Source: Scyliorhinus canicula | Lineage: Eukaryota | Assembly: GCF_902713615.1 (NCBI RefSeq) | Contig: NW_024055744.1 | Span: 2,461,936 to 2,525,935, forward strand | Length of the DNA: 64,000 nucleotides | Direction of reading: 5' to 3' | Shown: one piece after another, positions 13,249 through 26,225 of the stretch | Layout of the letters: each line of letters begins with the position of its first letter | Position numbering within the stretch: the stretch's first letter is position 1 | Notes under the pieces: model-generated | Told to the model about the DNA's origin: nothing | The model's input: the letters and a program-made list of their open reading frames with translations, nothing else | Database searches by the model: none | Position numbers and translations under genes: made by a program

Positions 13249-14067
13249 TCACAGAAGGTCCAATGAAACATGTAATCCCGTCTCATGTTGAGAAGTGGAC
13301 GGCGTCTCCCCTGTATGAACTCGCTGATGTCTCCTCAGGTTGGATAATTGAGTAAATACTTTCCCACAACGAGAGCAGGTGAATGGCGTCTCCCCAGTGT
13401 GAACTCGCTGGTGTGTCTGCAGGTTGGATAACTGAGTAAATCCTCTGCCACACTGAGAGCAGGTGAGTGGCCTCTCCCCAGTGTGAATTCGCTGGTGAAT
13501 CCGCAGATGGAATAACCGAGTGAATCCCTTCCCACACGGAGAGCAGGTGAATGGCCTCTCCCCAGTGTGAATTCGCTGATGTTTCCGCAGGGTGGATGAA
13601 TCAATAAATCCCTTCCCACACTGAAAGCAGGTGAATGGCCTTTCCCCAGTGTGAACACGTTTGTGTCCCCGCAGGGTGGATAAGTGTGCAAATCCTTTCC
13701 CACACTGAGAGCAGGTGAATGGCCTCTCCCCAGTGTGAACTCGCTGGTGTGACTGCAGGGTGGATAGCCGAGTGAATCCCTTCAAACACTGAGAGCAGGT
13801 GAATGGTTTCTCCCCAGTGTGAACTCGCTGATGTATCTGCAAGGTGGTTGAATCACTGAATCGCTTCTCACACTGAGAGCAGGTGAATGGCCTCTCCCCT
13901 GTGTGAACTCGCTGGTGTGTCTGCAGATTGAATAACTGAGTGAATCCCTTCCCGCACTTGGAGCAGGTGAACGGCCTGTCCCCAGTGTGACTGCGTCGAT
14001 GAATCTCCAGCTTAGATGGGAATCTAAATCCCTTCCCACAGTCCTCACATTTCCATGGTTTCTCCAT
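13249..14067 (-). CDS. C2H2 zinc-finger protein ZNF-A, 9 intact fingers plus a decayed 10th, no effector domain
   Basis: ATG at 14067 (MEKPWKC), TGE(R/K)PF linkers, open frame; upstream acceptor ttttacag|G with exon start at 14415. Confidence 0.85.
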   Translation of the reverse strand: MEKPWKCEDCGKGFRFPSKLEIHRRSHTGDRPFTCSKCGKGFTQLFNLQTHQRVHTGERPFTCSQCEKRFSDSTTLQIHQRVHTGEKPFTCSQCLKGFTRLSTLQSHQRVHTGERPFTCSQCGKGFAHLSTLRGHKRVHTGERPFTCFQCGKGFIDSSTLRKHQRIHTGERPFTCSPCGKGFTRLFHLRIHQRIHTGERPLTCSQCGRGFTQLSNLQTHQRVHTGETPFTCSRCGKVFTQLSNLRRHQRVHTGETPSTSQHETGLHVSLDLL

Positions 14068-14584
14068 GTTGTGTGTCTCCAGGTTGTACAATCAGTTGAA
14101 GCCTTGTCCGCAGATACAACACGAGTATGGTCTCTCCCAGCTGTGAATGTTGTTATGTTTTTCAGGCTGTGTAACTGGTTAAAGCTCTTTCCACAGTCAG
14201 TTCACAGGAACACTTTCACTCGGGTGTCTGTTGTGTGGGTCTTGGTGCTTTTCCAGTCACACTGATGGTTGAAATCTTTAGCTGACAGTTCGGAAAAAGG
14301 TTTCACCTTCTAGATTCAAAGGTTGGAGATATTCAGGTTCCAAGGAATCGAGTAACTGTCAGATTGAGACGTGACGATTGAGATTTCTGTCTGTAATTCT
14401 TCCTCATCTAATATCCTGTAAAAACAATTTACAAAATTCATCACTGTCAGTACAGGATAGAAACTCAGAACAGACAATTCTAGTTTCTATGTGACATTTT
14501 TTCCTCTCCCTTATTCCCTGAAAGCTGTAAATCTCCATCCCACACACTCTCCCTCCATTCTCATTCTGGTGTATCGCAGTTGAG

Positions 14585-14810
14585 TAGCACAGTGGTTAGC
14601 ACTGTTGCTTCACAATTCTAGGGTCCCAGGTTTGATTCCCGGCTTGGGTCACTGTCTGTGCGGAGTCTACACAGGTCCCCATGTCTGCGCGGGTTTCCTC
14701 CGGTTTCCTCCCACAGTCCGAGGACATGCAGGTTAGGTGGATTGGCCATGCTAAATTGCCCCTTAATTGGACAAAATGAATTGGGCACTCTAAATTTATT
14801 TTTAAAATAG
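14585..14810 (+). mobile_element. HE1-like SINE, short-tail variant
   Basis: gtagcacagtggttagcactgttgcttcac head and core, ending gggcactctaaatttattttt. Confidence 0.8.
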
Positions 14811-15027
14811 AAAAAAAAGTCTCGATGAACCAGAGGAGAGAATCCTGAACGTTCAGCAAGATGCCTCCGTCGAAATTCAATCCTTTGAAAACCAGCCGAG
14901 TGGCTGGCGGAGGTACTGGAGGATTTGGAGAACCGAGGGTCAGAGAAAGAACATCTGAGTCATTGGCCTGTCAGAAGGTGTGGAGGTAAGGCTCCCATTA
15001 GGGTCTTTGAGGACCGGCTGCCATGCT

Positions 15028-15340
15028 GGGCGCCATGGTAGCACAATGGCTAGCACTGTTGCTTCACAGCGTCAGGGACCCCGGTTCAATTCCCAGCTTG
15101 GGTCACTGTCTGTGCAGAGTCTGTATGTTCTCCCTGTGTCTATGTGGGTTTCCTCCGGGTGTTCCGGTTTCCTCCAACAAGTCCCAAACAAAGACGTGTT
15201 TGTTAGGTGAATTGGACATTCTGAATTCTCCCTCTGTCTACCTAAACAGGTGCCGGAATGTGGCGACTAGGGGATTTTCACAGTAACTTCATTGCAGTGT
15301 TAATGTAAGCCTCCTTGTGAGACTAATAAAGATTATAATG
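15028..15340 (+). mobile_element. SINE with HE1-like head and an alternative 3' tail
   Basis: HE1-type head and core joined to ccggaatgtggcgactagggg..cacagtaacttcattgcag..taataaagattat. Confidence 0.75.
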
Positions 15341-15719
15341 AATGGGCCAAAGGCCCTCTTTCCGTGCTGTAAAATTCTACGACTCTAAAGATAGAGGTGG
15401 TATAGGGAGGGAGGGAATGACTTTATAGAGAAACTGCCAAAACCAGAACATTCACCAGCTCTAAGGACTCACTTTAGCTCCCTTTCCAATCTGAAAGCAG
15501 CCTGAGCTGGATTTACATTCCCCTTAATTCATAATTGCTGGGTGATAATCCTGTACTTCCTTACCTCACACCACTGTGACAGCACCTTCACTACACAGAC
15601 TGCAGCAACTGACCAAACATCACCTTCCCAGTTATTCCTGAAGGCACCGCCTTCCCAACCTGGCCCCTTGCCTGAGGTGTGGTGATCCTCAGGTCACATC
15701 ACCGCCGGTCAGCTCTCTG

Positions 15720-15860
15720 TCCCGGGACCAGGCCCTGCGTCACAGCCACCAGCTTGGGGAAGCAGAGCGCATGCGCTGGCGTCTTGGTGACGCAACACCT
15801 GGTGGGCGGGACCTGAAGGTTTCTGTTCCCAGCCGGGTCCTAGTGCCCCACGATAAAATT
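15720..15860. promoter_or_regulatory. Candidate CpG promoter, possibly bidirectional
   Basis: GCGCATGCGC (NRF1-type), TGACGCAA and GGGCGG motifs, between the leftward ZNF-A and the rightward cassette remnant at 17290. Confidence 0.5.
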
Positions 15861-16949
15861 GTAACAGGTTGTTTAAATGTTTCACCCACCCCCTGGCTGA
15901 AGCTGATGTTTGCAGGCTGGAGGTGCCTCTGGATTACGTAGACATTCAGTGTGAGAGGCTGCAGCTTCTATATAGCTACCTGAAGGGGGGTTTTCAAAGG
16001 TTGATTACATTTCGTGGTCATTTTCAGTTCATTATCAGGATGTTTGCGTGATATTTTCTTACCCTCAGTGTTTTTTCTTTATTTAAAATACATTCCAGCC
16101 GCAAGCTTAATGGTGATTTTTAACGGATGGAAGGTTATTTATTATCACACCCTTTCCCTGGATATTTGAACATCTCAGTCTCTCGTCTCTTTCATACTCA
16201 CTGACACATACACAGGAATTAGGTAAAGGTCAAGTTGAAGCTATAATGATGAAAATGAATGTAGACTGCAATCTTTACATCGCTGCAGGCCTGTTGTCTT
16301 CTTGTTTAGCTGATCCTTTAGTTGGAGTGAAGCATTTTTAGAAACAAATAATTCTCATGAGGCTCTGAAGCTTCTTGTAGATGAATAGCCAGGAGGTTGG
16401 TTCTCAGGTGGGCTTGGAAGCTGGAATAAGTTCAGTCCTGTGGCTGCACTGGGAGACATTCAGCTCTGCTGGTTCAGCTGGTTCCTGGTGCTTCAGATGC
16501 TTCTCACACACACATTTGCTTTGGTTAGTGTTTATTATACTTCATCCCTGACAATTAACTGTAGGGTTAAAACTCTGAGACCCAGAACACCCCGATACAA
16601 TAGCAGTTTACGATGCTCACTCATGCGTATCTCTGTCCCAATTCGAGCTCATTCTCCTGTGTTCAATATGGCACTTGGAGATCAACAGTCCTGAGATTTC
16701 ATATTCCTCAAATGCTGGTTCATCCGGACACAAGGAGACATTTAAACTTCACAGGTGGCTGCAACGTTTCCTTATTCAGGTCCATGTTTAAATAAATATT
16801 GGTCACAGAATCGAATATTACCCACAGTTTAATGTCCATAATAAACTGTTAAGTTGCAGCCACCTTGACAGAGTTTGTGGATCTTACAGTCTATCACATC
16901 TAGTATCCTTGTGCTGAACGTGACAAACTGAATCTACTCTTGGGTCTTA

Positions 16950-17190
16950 TTAAAACAGTACATTGTAGCTGGATGAGGACCTTGGAGCGGTGGGGGGTGG
17001 GGGGAGGGGGGGGGGGGGGGTTTACTCTGGCTGCCGACTTCTGTTCCGTGGTCTTGTCTATTCCCAGTGGCCCTGCAGAGGGAGCATGCGATATCCACCG
17101 GAATGCTTGATGCCTTCCACAACCAGTGGATACCTCAGTGGACAGAGTGTTTCAGAGACACTGGGAACAATATTCTGGTTCAGTTAGGAA
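16950..17190 (+). mobile_element. Tx1-like LINE 3' end relic
   Basis: CRLLFRGLV..ALQREHAISTGMLDAFHNQWIPQ aligns with the C-terminus of the Tx1 ORF2 at about 37740-37870. Confidence 0.7.
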
Positions 17191-17289
17191 GGTTCCCTAC
17201 ACTTTTGTCGGGGCTTCTAGCTGATTTTGGTCTTCTATTTTGGCTGGACCACATGCTTGGGGAAAGCAAGAGAGGAAAGAAGGTTTGAT

Positions 17290-17967
17290 AGAAACTAGAA
17301 TGATCTGTTGTGAATTTCTATCCTATTCTTACAGTGATCATTGTTGTAAACTTCTTTTTCAGGCATTAGAACGGGAGGATTGGCAGCTGAGCAACTCGAA
17401 CCAAATATAACATCAAGATCTGGGCAGCACGGTAGCATGGTGGTTAGCATAAATGCTTCACAGCTCCAGGGTCCCAGGTTCGATTCTCGGCTGGGTCACT
17501 GTCTGTGTGGAGTCTGCATGTCCTCCCCGTGTGTGCGTGGGTTTCGTCCGGGTGCTCCGGTTTCCTCCCACAGTCCAAAGATGTGCGGGTTAGGTGGATT
17601 GGCCATGCTAAATTGCCCGTAGTGTCCTAAAAAGTAAGGTTAAGGGAGGGGGGGGGGTTGTTGGGTTACGGGTGTGGGGTGGATGTGTGGGTTTGAGTAG
17701 GGTGATCATTGCTCGGCACAACATCGAGGGCTGAGGGGCCTGTTCTGTGCTGTACTGTTCTATGTTCTATCTGACAGTCACTCAATTCATTAGGATCTAA
17801 ATATCACAAACTGTCAATGTGCTTGTCTGTTCTGACTGTGGGAAGAGATTTCAAACATCAGTGTGACTGGAAAAGCCCCGAGACCCACACACACACCTGA
17901 GTGAAAGTGTTCCAGTGAACTGACTGTGGAAAGAGCTTCAACCAGTTACACAGCCTGAAAAATCATC
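17290..17967 (+). pseudogene. Truncated ZNF cassette (acceptor and leader only)
   Basis: Acceptor ttttcag at 17362; leader fingers at 17822-17965; interrupted by a SINE and cut off by a CR1 fragment at 17968. Confidence 0.7.
17422..17768 (+). mobile_element. HE1-like SINE, young copy, TSD atct
   Basis: Full-length copy flanked by atct on both sides. Confidence 0.88.
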
Positions 17968-18539
17968 TTGTTTCCTCTTGTGGGAGAGTCTAGGACCAGA
18001 GGGCATAATCTCAGAGGAAGGGGTCTCAAATTTAGAACCGAGATGAGGAGACATTTCTTCCATCAGAGGGTAGAGAATCTGTGGAATTCTTTAGCTGGGC
18101 AATCCTTCTTTATCTGGGAATCAAACTGTTGTCTAATTGTCCCAGCATTTACCAGGCTCCCGTGAAGTACTCCAGCTGCTATTTTAATGCAGACTTCAAC
18201 AATCTATTTTCAGTAGGTTTCTATTCAATTATTTCATTGTGACTGTCACATAACCACATTTGCAGTCTGGAAACTTTAACCAGCTGTTTTACATTCAATC
18301 AGGAACATCACAGTTTTACACCAATCTCTGATTTTACAGAACGTTTCCATCATTCACCATTGTTCTTCCTGACTCTAAACACAGTTGTAAAGGAGCTTCT
18401 GTTCCATGCCCAGGAACTCTGAACCATGGAAGAGAACAGCTGGGATATATTCCACTCACACCTCAGGATTAACCCACACGAGGACTTTGCTGACAGTGAA
18501 GAAAGATGAAATAGACCAAAGTGTTGTTTGTAAAAGTAA

Positions 18540-18713
18540 AGTAAATCGCTTATTGTCATGAGTAGGCTTCAAATGAAGTTACTGTGAAAAGCCCCTAGTC
18601 GCCACATTCCGGCGCCTGTTCGGGGAGGCTGTTACGGGAATTGAACCGTGCTGCTGGCTTGCCTTGGTCTGCTTTCAAAGCCAGCGATTAGCCCTGTGAG
18701 CTAAACAGCCCCT
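18540..18713 (-). mobile_element. Short tRNA-derived SINE (family B)
   Basis: ggggctgtttagctcac head, GGTTCAATTCCC B-box, ccggaatgtggcgactagggg tail. Other copies at 21497, 26390, 30701, 58757, 60057 and 61553. Confidence 0.8.
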
Positions 18714-18982
18714 CTCAGTGTGACCCTGAAGGACTGTGTCCAGGCTGAAGTTCTGTTCCTGCCGTATGATTCTCCCCAGATTGTCCTTTCTGAGCTACAG
18801 ACAGGTGATGTTAAACACAAGTGGAAAAGACAAAAACCTGCAACGTTTCAAACCAAGCTGATTTATTTCACATTTATTCAGAATATTAAACCTCATCAAC
18901 AGATGAAAACAGTCACAGTGAAACTGATTCACTGCTGAACATGATTAACAGCATCAATAAAGGTAGAATCCAAAATTTGTAG

Positions 18983-20074
18983 TCACTTGTGAACTCGCTG
19001 GTGTGTCAGCAAGTGGGATGACTGAGTAAATCCCTTTCCACAGACATTACAGGTGAATGACCTCTCCCCAGTGTGAATGCGATGATGTTTCAGAAGATAA
19101 GATAAATGAGAAAATTCCTTCCCACATATGGAGCAAGTGAACGGCCTCTCCCCACTGTAAACTCTCTGGTGTGTCAGCAGGTTGGATGACTGACTGAATC
19201 CCTTCTCACACACAGAGCAGGTGAATGGCCTCTCCCCAGTGTGAACTCGCTGGTGATTCAATAGGTTGGATGAACGAGTGAATCCCTTCCCACACACTGA
19301 GCAAGTGAACGGTCTCTGCTCACTGTGAACCTGCTGATGTGTCAGAAGGTTGTATGAACGTGTGAATCCCTTCCCACATTCAGAGCAGGTGAACGGTCTA
19401 TCCCCTGTATGAAGTTGCTGGTGTATCAGAAGGTTGGATGAATTAATGAATCCTTTCCCACAGTCAGAGCAGGTGAATGGCCTCTCCCCAGTGTGAATTC
19501 TCTGGTGGTTCAGTAGGGCAGATGGACGGCTGAATCCTTTCCCACACACAGAGCAGGTGAATGGTCTCTCCCCAGTGTGAGCATATTGGTGTGTTAGTAA
19601 ATCCTTTTTGTTTTTAAAGCTCTTCTCACAGTCAGGACAATTAAAAAATGTGTTATCAGAGTGAACAGGTTGATGTGTCTGCAGGTGGGATGACTGAATG
19701 AATCCTTTCCCACACAGGGAGCAGGAGAACGGTCTCTCTCCAGTGTGAATAAGTTGACGTGTCAGCAGATCCTTTTTACATTTAAAACTCTTTTCACAGT
19801 CAGGACATATAAATGGTCTCTTATCAATGTGAACAAGCTGATGAGTCACAATGTGGGATGACCGAGTGAATCCCTTCCCACACCAGGGCAGGTGAATGGC
19901 CTCTCCTCAGTGTGAACTCGTTGGTGTGTCAGAAGGTTGTATGAATGGGTGAATCCCTACCCACAAATGGAGCAGATGAACGGTTTCTCCCCAGTGTGAC
20001 TGCGACGATGAACTTCCCGTTGTGATGGGTAACTGAATCCCTTCCCAGTCCGCACATTTCCACACTTTCTCCAT
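18983..20074 (-). pseudogene. ZNF-B, probable pseudogene with about 13 finger units; the last 10 are in one ORF
   Basis: ATG at 20074 followed by a 2-nt deletion in finger 1, TAG at about 19957 and a further frameshift; 18983..19849 stays open; acceptor at 20400. Confidence 0.75.
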
Positions 20075-20694
20075 GGTGAGGGGTCTTTATGTCTCTCCTG
20101 GTTGAAGCTTTGTCCACACACAAATAAGCGTTTAATTTCTCCCTGCAGTGAATGATGTGATACTCTTTTTGAGGCTGTGTAACTGGTTAAAACTCTCTCC
20201 ACAGTCAGTGGACTGGAAAACTCTCAATGGGGGTGGGTCTCGGTGCTTTTGCAGTCACACTGCTGAAACAGAACAAACCCTTCTCCTTCCAAATTCAAAG
20301 ATTGAAGATATTGAGCTCTTAATGAATTGAGTGGCTGTCAGATTTCGATATGATGTTTGGTTTGAGTTTTCTGTTGGCCAATCCTCCACTTCCAATATCC
20401 TGTAAAAGGAGTTTACAAAACCCATCACTGTCAGTGGAGCATATAAATTCTGAACAGACAATTCTAGTTTCTCTGGAACATTTTTCCCTCTCTTGTTCCC
20501 CCAAAGCTGTAAATCCCCGTCCCACACACTCTCCGTCCTCCCTGGGCTGAAATCCAAACCCATCTCACCATCTCTTTCCTCCACTCCCAATTTTCTCCCT
20601 CCCTCTCCTCTGCCTGGGTTCAGTTCTCCAGCTCCTGTCTGCAGACTGACAATAAAACCAATGGGTCTTATTGGGGGGTTTGGGTTCTGACCAT

Positions 20695-21160
20695 TGTCCC
20701 CGCTCGCGGCGGCTCTCATTCAGCCTCTGGGAGCCGCACTCACTCTCACTGCGGCTGCGCTCAGCCCGGAGCAGCAACGCGCATGCTCCACACAGAGAGG
20801 CCACTTCCGGGGACGGGGCAACTTGCGCCTGCGCGTTCTGACTCCTGAGCATTCTGACTCCTGAGATGGAGATAGGGCGCATTCGGCCTCGCCGGGCATT
20901 CCGGGTAGCCTTATCTGCCATTATTCCATTTTATTCCTCAGGGTGATAAATTGGTTCCGGCACTTTTGATGACGTTCGTTGTTTGTACCGAATGTGCCAG
21001 CCGCATCGGTGATTTTCTCTCTGATCGGCCCCTGTTAACGGCTGTCATCTGTTTCGATGGCGATATGCAGCAGGGCGCCTGCGCGGCCGCCATCTTTCTC
21101 AGCGGAAATGTGCAGCAGGGCGCATGCGCGGGCATCCAGGAACCGGAAGCCGGAAGAGAG
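20695..21160. promoter_or_regulatory. CpG-island promoter, probably bidirectional
   Basis: GCGCATGC and GCGCCTGCGC motifs, ETS-type CACTTCCGG and CCGGAAG, YY1-type GCCGCCATCTTT at 21086; ZNF-B lies to the left and a cassette remnant to the right. Confidence 0.7.
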
Positions 21161-21380
21161 AATCTTGTGAATTTCTTTCCTGGACAGAGAATGAAATTCC
21201 TTTGGAAACTCATTTAGAAAGAGGAGGATTTGCCAACGGGAACTTCAAACCAAACATCACATCACATCATCCTCTGACTGAGTTACTCGATTCATCAGGA
21301 GCTGAATATCATTGGGAGGTAAAATGGTTTGTCTGTTCTGTCTGAGGACAAAGAGTTCAGATCAGAGTGACTGGGAAAAT
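21160..21380 (+). pseudogene. Orphan ZNF leader remnant
   Basis: gtgaatttctttcctggac..ttagaaagaggaggattt..caaaccaaacatcac..tttgtctgttctgtctg..gtgactgg. Confidence 0.6.
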
Positions 21381-21496
21381 TTAAATGACCATTCCGGGTT
21401 AAATTTGAGACTAATTACACCGATCACATTGGGGAAGTTAAATAATTTGCTGTTGTACTCATTTGTATGCAGGTAAATTTGGAAATGTCCGCATTA

Positions 21497-21680
21497 GGGG
21501 CTGGTTTAGCTCACAGGGTTAATTGCTGGCTTTTAAAGCAGACCAAGCAGGCCAGCAGCACGGTTCGATTCCCGTACCAGCCTCCCCGGACAGGCGCCGG
21601 AATGTGGCGACTAGGGGTTTTTCACAGTAACTTCATTGAAGTCTACTCGTGACAATAAGTGATTTTCATTTCATTCATTC
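21497..21680 (+). mobile_element. SINE family B
   Basis: Full copy ending in (TTTCA)n. Confidence 0.8.
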
Positions 21681-22583
21681 ATTAGCATACTTGGCAGCTA
21701 AACTGGGCAAACTGTTGACCTTGTTAGTAGTGAGAGTTACTATCCGGGTTTTTATTGAAGTTTGTTGTTCCTGTTGCATTTCATTTAGCTCACCGTGGCT
21801 GCAAAGTAGGTATTCAGCCTAATCTCAATTTCCAGATTGTGGTCTGTAGCTTTTTAAGTTACATCAATTAAAATGTCTATCGAAATACTTTACAAATGTT
21901 CTGAGGGTTTCTGTCAGCATGTCACAGATCCTGACCACCCTCTAAACCACCTAGTCCTTCCCTAAATCTCTGCCCCCTTTTATATGTATCCCTCAACCAA
22001 AGGGAATAGGACCTTCCTATCCAATCTATATAGATCACTCAGAATTTAAAAAATACATACATTTATATCTTTTTCCAATTAAGGGGCAATTTAGTTTTGC
22101 CAAGCCACCTGACCTACACATATTTGGGTTGTGGGGGTTAGGGTTGGGGCACACAGATAATGGGAGAATGTGCAAACTCCTTACAGACTGTGACCTGGCG
22201 CCAGGATTGTACCTGGGTCCCCAGCATGCAGGCACACAGCCACTGTGCCACCATGATCCCCCAGAATTTTATACATTTAGAATAATCTTAATTATTGTCA
22301 CAAGTAGGCTTACATTAACACTGCAATGAAGTTACTGTGAAAATCCCCTAGTCACCACACTTTGGCACCTATTCGGGTACACAGAGGGAGAATTCAGATT
22401 TCCAATTCACCTAACAAGCATGTCTTTCAGGACTTGTCGGAGGAAACCCAAACAGACACTGGGAGAACATGTAGACTGCGCAGACAGTGTCCCCAGTGGG
22501 AATTGAACCCAGCACCCTGGCGCAACAGTGCTACCATAAACAGTTCAGCTCAACTCAATATTCTCAGATTAAAGAAGCTGAAG

Positions 22584-22656
22584 CGCCCAAAGTGGGTCTT
22601 GAACCCACGGCCCTGGGATTAAGAGTCCCATGCTCTACCGACTGAGCTAGCTGGGC
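22584..22656 (-). tRNA. tRNA-Lys(CTT)-like gene, possibly a pseudogene
   Basis: 73 nt, GCCCAGCTAGCTCAGTCGGTAGAGCATGGGACTCTTAATCCCAGGGCCGTGGGTTCAAGACCCACTTTGGGCG; anticodon CTT; C7:T66 mismatch; no T4 terminator nearby. Confidence 0.85.
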
Positions 22657-23699
22657 TGCTTTTCAAAATTTAATTTTGGTCTCCCCTCAGTCTTTTCTGT
22701 TCCAAAGAAAACAGCTCCAGTTTATCCAAACTTTCCTCAGAGCAAACATTGTCAATTTCTGGCTGATGTTCTTAAATCCCCTCTGCTCTCTCTGGTGCAA
22801 TCTTCCTGTGCACAGGAATCCAGCTCTGGCCTACCTAGTCCTGTCCTGCCATTTATCATGTAATCCTTTGCCTTGTTTTCCCTCTAGCTTTCTTCCTTAT
22901 TCCTCAAGTGTTCAATCATTTTTGTGTCACAGGTAAACTTCTTCTTCATGTTCCTACATTTAATTTCAAATCAATGATGTAAACCAGGAGTGAAGGGCCC
23001 AGTACCGATTCCTTGGAAACCGGCACTGGAAACAGCCCTTTGATTTTCTCTGTTCTTTATGGGATGTGAGTGTCACGGGCAAACCAGCTTGGTTGCCTAT
23101 TCCTAATTGTCCTTAAACTGAGTGGTTTACTAGGCAATTCAAAATTAACGACATTTCAGTGAGTTGGCCAGATCAGGTAATGCTGGTGCAGACTTGATGG
23201 GCCGAATGGTCTGCTTCAGCGCTGTAGATTCTATGATTAATTCTGACCATGGGTCACTGTCTCTGTCGAGTTTTCCTGCATCTGCGTAGATTTCCTTTGC
23301 GGGTGCTGTGGTATCCTCCCACAGTCCAAAAATGTGCAAATTAGGTGGATTGGCTGTGCTAAATTGTCCCCGGGAGGTGTTACGGGGATAGGGTGGGGAA
23401 TTCGCCAAGGTAGGGTGCTCTTTCAGAGGGTTGCTACAGACTTCATGGGTCAAATGGCCTCCTTCTGCACTGAGGGGATTCTATGATTCTACATTGGATG
23501 CAATGATGTGTTCACTCACACACACTGCAGCCTGACTCTTGTTGGAGCAGACACTGTGTTTGTTACTCTCAAAGTGAGTGAATCCGTTGCTGTTTCTCCT
23601 CTGGGCCCCATCTCCACTATTATTGTCTGATTGTCCCACTGAGACTCTCACTGTTATTATTGGACAATCAGCCAGTCAGCCTGAGCCTGTGGCCACTCT

Positions 23700-24110
23700 C
23701 TTCATCTGGAAACGTCACAGTGCCCGGGTGATTGACGGCAGCTCCCGACCAATTGGAAGAGGAGGGGCGGGATTAGAGGACAGACCAGGAGCAGCTAGAC
23801 CTCCAACCAATCGGAATGAATGAGGGGCGGGGCCCACTGTGATTGAAGCATGCGCAGTGTGGGTAATGGCAATGGAGAAGAGCGTGTTGTTCAGATCTGA
23901 AATCGGTGAGAGGCGATTAACAATATGGAGGGAGCAAGAGATCGTGGGAGCCGGCGGAAACGTCGTGTAAAACTGTTGTAAGCTACAATCCTCGGGCAAG
24001 TTTCCGGGACCCCGTTTGTACCGAGCGGAGCTGCAGCTCCTCATTTAGGCTCGGGTTAACGGGTTATTGGATGTGCAGGGCGCATGCGCATTTCTCATCT
24101 TTGTCGGGGC
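23700..24110 (+). promoter_or_regulatory. ZNF cassette promoter module and first-exon region
   Basis: gattgacggcagctc-CCAAT-GGGCGG-CCAATCGG-GGGGCGGGG-GCATGCGCAGT, homologous to 38185, 38575, 51395 and 51675. Confidence 0.7.
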
Positions 24111-24179
24111 GATGTTTCAATGAGTGGGAGGGGCTTGTTCCCCATTGTTCAGAATGGAGACAACTTGTCCATCAAACTG

Positions 24180-24870
24180 GATTAGTCTTTCAGTCCCAAT
24201 GTCTTATTGATGATGCAAGGCGGTGGCAGAGATGGAAAGAAAAGGAAGCCAATCCTGCTCTCCGGATTTCACTATCTCATTGGACATCCTGCCCCATGTG
24301 TCCAAAGCTCTGCGGCTCTGTTCAGCCACATGAAGACCCAGGGCAGAAACTCACAACCCTGAGTCAACATCACCCTCAAATCAGGGGACTGCTGATGACA
24401 AGAGGGTCAGTGTGCAGCGGGGGCATGAGCGGTCATCCTGGACACGGAGCAGGAGGGGAGAATGTAGTGAATTTCTCTCCTGGACTGACGGTGATTACTT
24501 TTGGAAACTCCTTTTCCAGGGGATTAGTAGGGGAAGATTTACACACAGCAAACTCAAACCAGAAGAAATGTTTATCTTTCCTGAATTTAATTTCTGGACT
24601 GACAGTGATGCCTTTGTAAACTTCTTTCACAGGGGCTTAGAAAGGGATTCACAGACAGGAAACTCACAACCAATCCTCACATCAAATTCTGACAGCACCA
24701 TTTGGGTTATCAGGACCTGGAGATTATCGACCTTTGTGTGTCAGCATTGAGTTCAGATCATTATCACTCACTGTATAAAATGTCTACCTCCAATCTCCCC
24801 TGCAGATCTTGCTCACAATCTTAAATCTATGTCCCATAATTCTTTTACAATTTACTGATGGGGAACAGAT
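24180..24870 (+). pseudogene. ZNF cassette 5' region: RTE relic and doubled acceptor module, no coding exon
   Basis: Acceptors at 24519 and 24632; colinear with 55485-56160. Confidence 0.6.
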
Positions 24871-25659
24871 TTATTTATCTTTTTCCTGGGTTCGCTGTTG
24901 TCGTTTCCGGTGCCTGGGTCATGCCAGATGGTCCGTCCAGATTCCACTCCGTTATTGTGTATTTATAGCGGTTGAATGGGCTTGGACCAGTCCATTTCCA
25001 GATCCAGTACACAAGTGAAGTCTCCGCCAAGCATTGATTGATGTGTATCCAGATCTGGGATAGATCCAAACTATATTTTTAAGAATGCCACATCGCCCCA
25101 GTTAGGGGCTTAGCCATTCACCAACACCACCAATGTACCTGCCAACGACCCACTGACCACCACGTATCTCCCATTAGCGTCCGCAATGATCCTGGTGACT
25201 GAAAGAGGAATCTGTTTATTGATTAGAATTGCAGCACATCGAGCCCTTCCGTCAAAGCCCGAGTGAAACACTTGGCTCCCCCCTCCGCAGTCCGGTCTGA
25301 TCTCTAACCCGTGAGTGAGTCTCCTGCAAGAACATCACACCAGCATTTGGATTCTTTCAGTGAGCGAAAACACTCGACCCCTTCACTGTTCCACCCAATT
25401 CCCTTGCGTTCTAGGTGAGCAGCTGAATCAAGGGTCTCTGCACCAGCCGCCATCACGGAATCAGCCATTTCCACTGTGAGGGACTATCCAGCAAATCTTC
25501 AAAAAGTACAGGCCAAGGGTCCACCCAAGATGGCCGCCGTGCGCACACATCTTCAGAGTAAAACAAAAACAGTTTTATAGTCATCATCAGCAAACTAACC
25601 CCCCCCCCCTATTTTTCATCAACTCCCCACCTAGACACACACAAATTGAATCCAAAAGC

Positions 25660-25692
<33 letters not shown>

Positions 25693-26225
25693 AGCCGAAA
25701 CTGGGTCACCAGCTGCAGCTTCACCCCCCCCCCCCCGCAATCTCACTCCCAGTCACCAGCTGACTGCTGGCAGGGCAGCTTCTCTCAGGACAACAAGAAA
25801 ATAAAAACAACGATATTGCCCACTTCGAGGATAAAACATATTTCAGAATGCAGTAGACTCAATTTCCAACGGGAGCCATCACCGCCCCCCCCCCCCCCCC
25901 TCCTCTCATAGATCAACGTTGTGCTTTGTAAAGAAAATCTCGCTTCATCCCCACACAGGAAAACAGATCCTATCAGAAAAAATGTCAAAAACTATATCCA
26001 GGATATCACAACACCCATCCTACCCCACACGAATGTAGATCTTGTCCAATACAGATAACTGGACCCCAGTCCATGCTTTACAATAAAGGCATTCGCCTCC
26101 TCCACTATCTCCAAATGGAAGTCTTTGGACACATTTGTAACCCGCAGCTTTGCCGGGTAAACCACCCCGAATCAAACTCCTTTCTCACACAGAGCAGCCT
26201 GAACCTTATTAAAGGCCACTCACTT
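24870..26225 (-). mobile_element. L1-clade LINE fragment (ORF1 C-terminus, G-rich spacer, endonuclease start)
   Basis: Minus strand gives AFNKVQAAL..FGVVYPAKLRVT..EEANAF at about 26080-26220 and VMFLQETH..VFHSGFDGRAR..ILINK at about 25210-25350. Confidence 0.75.

Noticed and set aside
13283-14048. Alternative-frame ORFs overlapping the ZNF arrays (HWGEAIHLL and TLGRGHSPA repeats), also seen at 29.3, 44.5 and 48.2 kb
   Set aside because: Shadow frames of the 84-bp finger periodicity.
15860-16890. Possible LTR-like segment (TGTAAC...TTACA)
   Set aside because: No matching TSD or second copy in the window.
24071-24619. 182-aa ORF aligning without gaps to the ORF at 55456, as a possible novel effector exon
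   Set aside because: Better explained as a shared RTE LINE 3' relic; amino-acid changes are non-conservative and no clear splice donor is present.
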